From Nemertoderma westbladi (taxonomy: Eukaryota > Animalia > Xenacoelomorpha), in assembly GCA_032718475.1 (NCBI GenBank), contig JAUCBJ010008984.1:1-64000 (forward strand): DNA of 64,000 nucleotides, in the 5' to 3' direction. Under the pieces are notes generated by a model. It was not told where the DNA came from and ran no database searches. It worked only from the letters and a program-made list of their open reading frames with translations. Within the stretch, counting starts at the first letter, position 1. Each line of letters begins with the position of its first letter. Shown in pieces: positions 62,029 through 64,000 of the stretch. The translations under genes were made by a program, and so were the position numbers.

Positions 62029-64000
62029 CGTTCAGTTTGCGTTACACTGTTAGTAAAAAACTGATCCATTTCAGTTTGCAGTTACACTGATAGTAAAAAA
62101 ACGGATCCATTTCAGTTTGCGTTACACTGATAGTAAAAAAAATCTGATTCATTTCAGTTTGCGTTACACTGATAGTAAAAAAACGGATCCATTTCAGTTT
62201 GCGTTACACTGTTAGTAAAAAAAAGTGATCCATTTCAGTTTGCGTTACACTGATAGTAAAAAAACTGATCCATTTCAGTTTGCGTTACACTGATAGTAAA
62301 AAAAACTGATTCATTTCAGTTTGCGTTACACTGATAGTAAAAAAAACTGATTCATTTAGTTTGCGTTACACTGATAGTATTTCAGTTTGCGTTACACTGA
62401 TAGTAAAAAAACTGATCCATTTCAGTTTTCGTTACACTGTTAGTAAAAAAAAACTGATCCATTTCAGTTTGCGTTACACTGATAGTAAAAAAAACTGATT
62501 CATTTCAGTTTGCGTTACACTGATAGTAAAAAAACGGATCCATTTCAGTTTGAGTTACACTGATAGTAAAAAAAACTTATCCATTTCAGTTTGCGTTACA
62601 CTGATAGTAAAAAAAACTGATTCATTTCAGTTTGCGTTACACTGATAGTAAAAAAACGGATTCATTTCAGTTTGCGTTACACTGATAGTAAAAAAACTGA
62701 TCCATTTCAGTTTGCGTTACACTGTTAGTAAAAAAACTGATCCATTTCAGTTTGCGTTACACTGATAGTATTTCAGTTTGCGTTACACTGATAGTAAAAA
62801 AACGGATTCATTTCAGTTTGCGTTACACTGATAGTAAAAAAAACGGATCCATTTCAGTTTGCGTTACACTGATAGTAAAAAAACGGATTCATTTCAGTTT
62901 GCGTTACACTGATAGTAAAAAACGGATTCATTTCAGTTTGCGTTACACTGATAGTAAAAAAACTGATCCATTTCAATTTGCGTTACACTGTTAGTAAAAA
63001 AACTGATCCATTTCAGTTTGCGTTACACTGATAGTATTTCAGTTTGCGTTACACTGATAGTATTTCAGTTTGCGTTACACTGATAGTAAAAAAACGGATT
63101 CATTTCAGTTTGCGTTACACTGATAGTAAAAAAAACGGATCCATTTCAGTTTGCGTTACACTGATAGTAAAAAAACGGATTCATTTCAGTTTGCGTTACA
63201 CTGATAGTAAAAAAACTGATCCATTTCAGTTTGCGTTACACTGATAGTAAAAAAACTGATCCATTTCAGTTTGCGTTACACTGATAGTAAAAAAACTGAT
63301 CCATTTCAGTTTGCGTTACACTGATAGTATTTCAGTTTGCGTTACACTGATAGTATTTCAGTTTGCGTTACACTGATAGTAAGAAAACTGATCCATTTCA
63401 GTTTGCGTTACACTGATAGTAAAAAAACGGATTCATTTCAGTTTGCGTTACACTGATAGTAAGAAAACTGATCCATTTCAGTTTGCGTTACACTGATAGT
63501 AAAAAAACTGATCCATTTCAGTTTTCGTTACACTGATAGTAAAAAAACGGATCCATTTCAGTTTGCATTACACTGATAGTAAAAAAACGGATCCATTTCA
63601 GTTTGCGTTACACTGATAGTAAGAAAACTGATCCATTTCAGTTTGCGTTACACTGATAGTAAAAAAACTGATCCATTTCAGTTTTCGTTACACTGATAGT
63701 AAAAAAACGGATCCATTTCAGTTTGCGTTACACTGATAGTAAAAAAACGGATCCATTTCAGTTTGCGTTACACTGATAGTAAAAAAACTGATCCATTTCA
63801 GTTTGTGTTACACTGATAGTAAAAAAACTGATCCATTTCAGTTTGCGTTACACTGATAGTAAAAAAACTGATCCATTTCAGTTTGCGTTACCCTAATAGT
63901 AAAAAACGGATCCATTTCAGTTTGCGTTACACTGATAGTAAAAAAACTGATCCATCTCAGTTTGCGTTAAACTGATAGTAAAAAAAACTGATCCATTTCA
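62029..64000. repeat. ~40-bp tandem repeat (ATTTCAGTTTGCGTTACACTGATAGTAAAAAAACTGATCC), runs off the window end
   Basis: Directly visible; variable A-run and occasional 26-bp truncated units. Confidence 0.97.

Overview
AT-rich, repeat-dense eukaryotic (most likely marine invertebrate) genomic DNA. Roughly 45-50% of the window is tandem repeat, made of about ten unrelated arrays with units of 16-68 bp. Recognisable genes: an intronless SCO1/SCO2 copper chaperone (16865-17728, +), a two-exon NPRL2 (GATOR1 subunit; 59656-61039, +) and a CCDC59/TAP26/Fyv7-like gene. I reconstructed the CCDC59-like gene by hand as three phase-compatible exons (16317-16389, 38071-38236, 44383-44638). If exon 1 is right, its ~21.7 kb first intron contains the SCO gene on the same strand, an antisense orphan gene, a young but internally damaged BEL/Pao LTR retrotransposon (27099-33873) inserted in a 48-bp satellite, nested hAT-type MITEs and a 1.3 kb palindrome. 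The most striking feature is a ~9.8 kb, ~188-copy 52-bp satellite whose first unit is the last codons and stop codon of the CCDC59-like gene. There are also many LINE, SINE, Penelope and Helentron-like relics. All family calls come from motif recognition by eye, with no database searches, and copy numbers are estimates (length divided by unit size).
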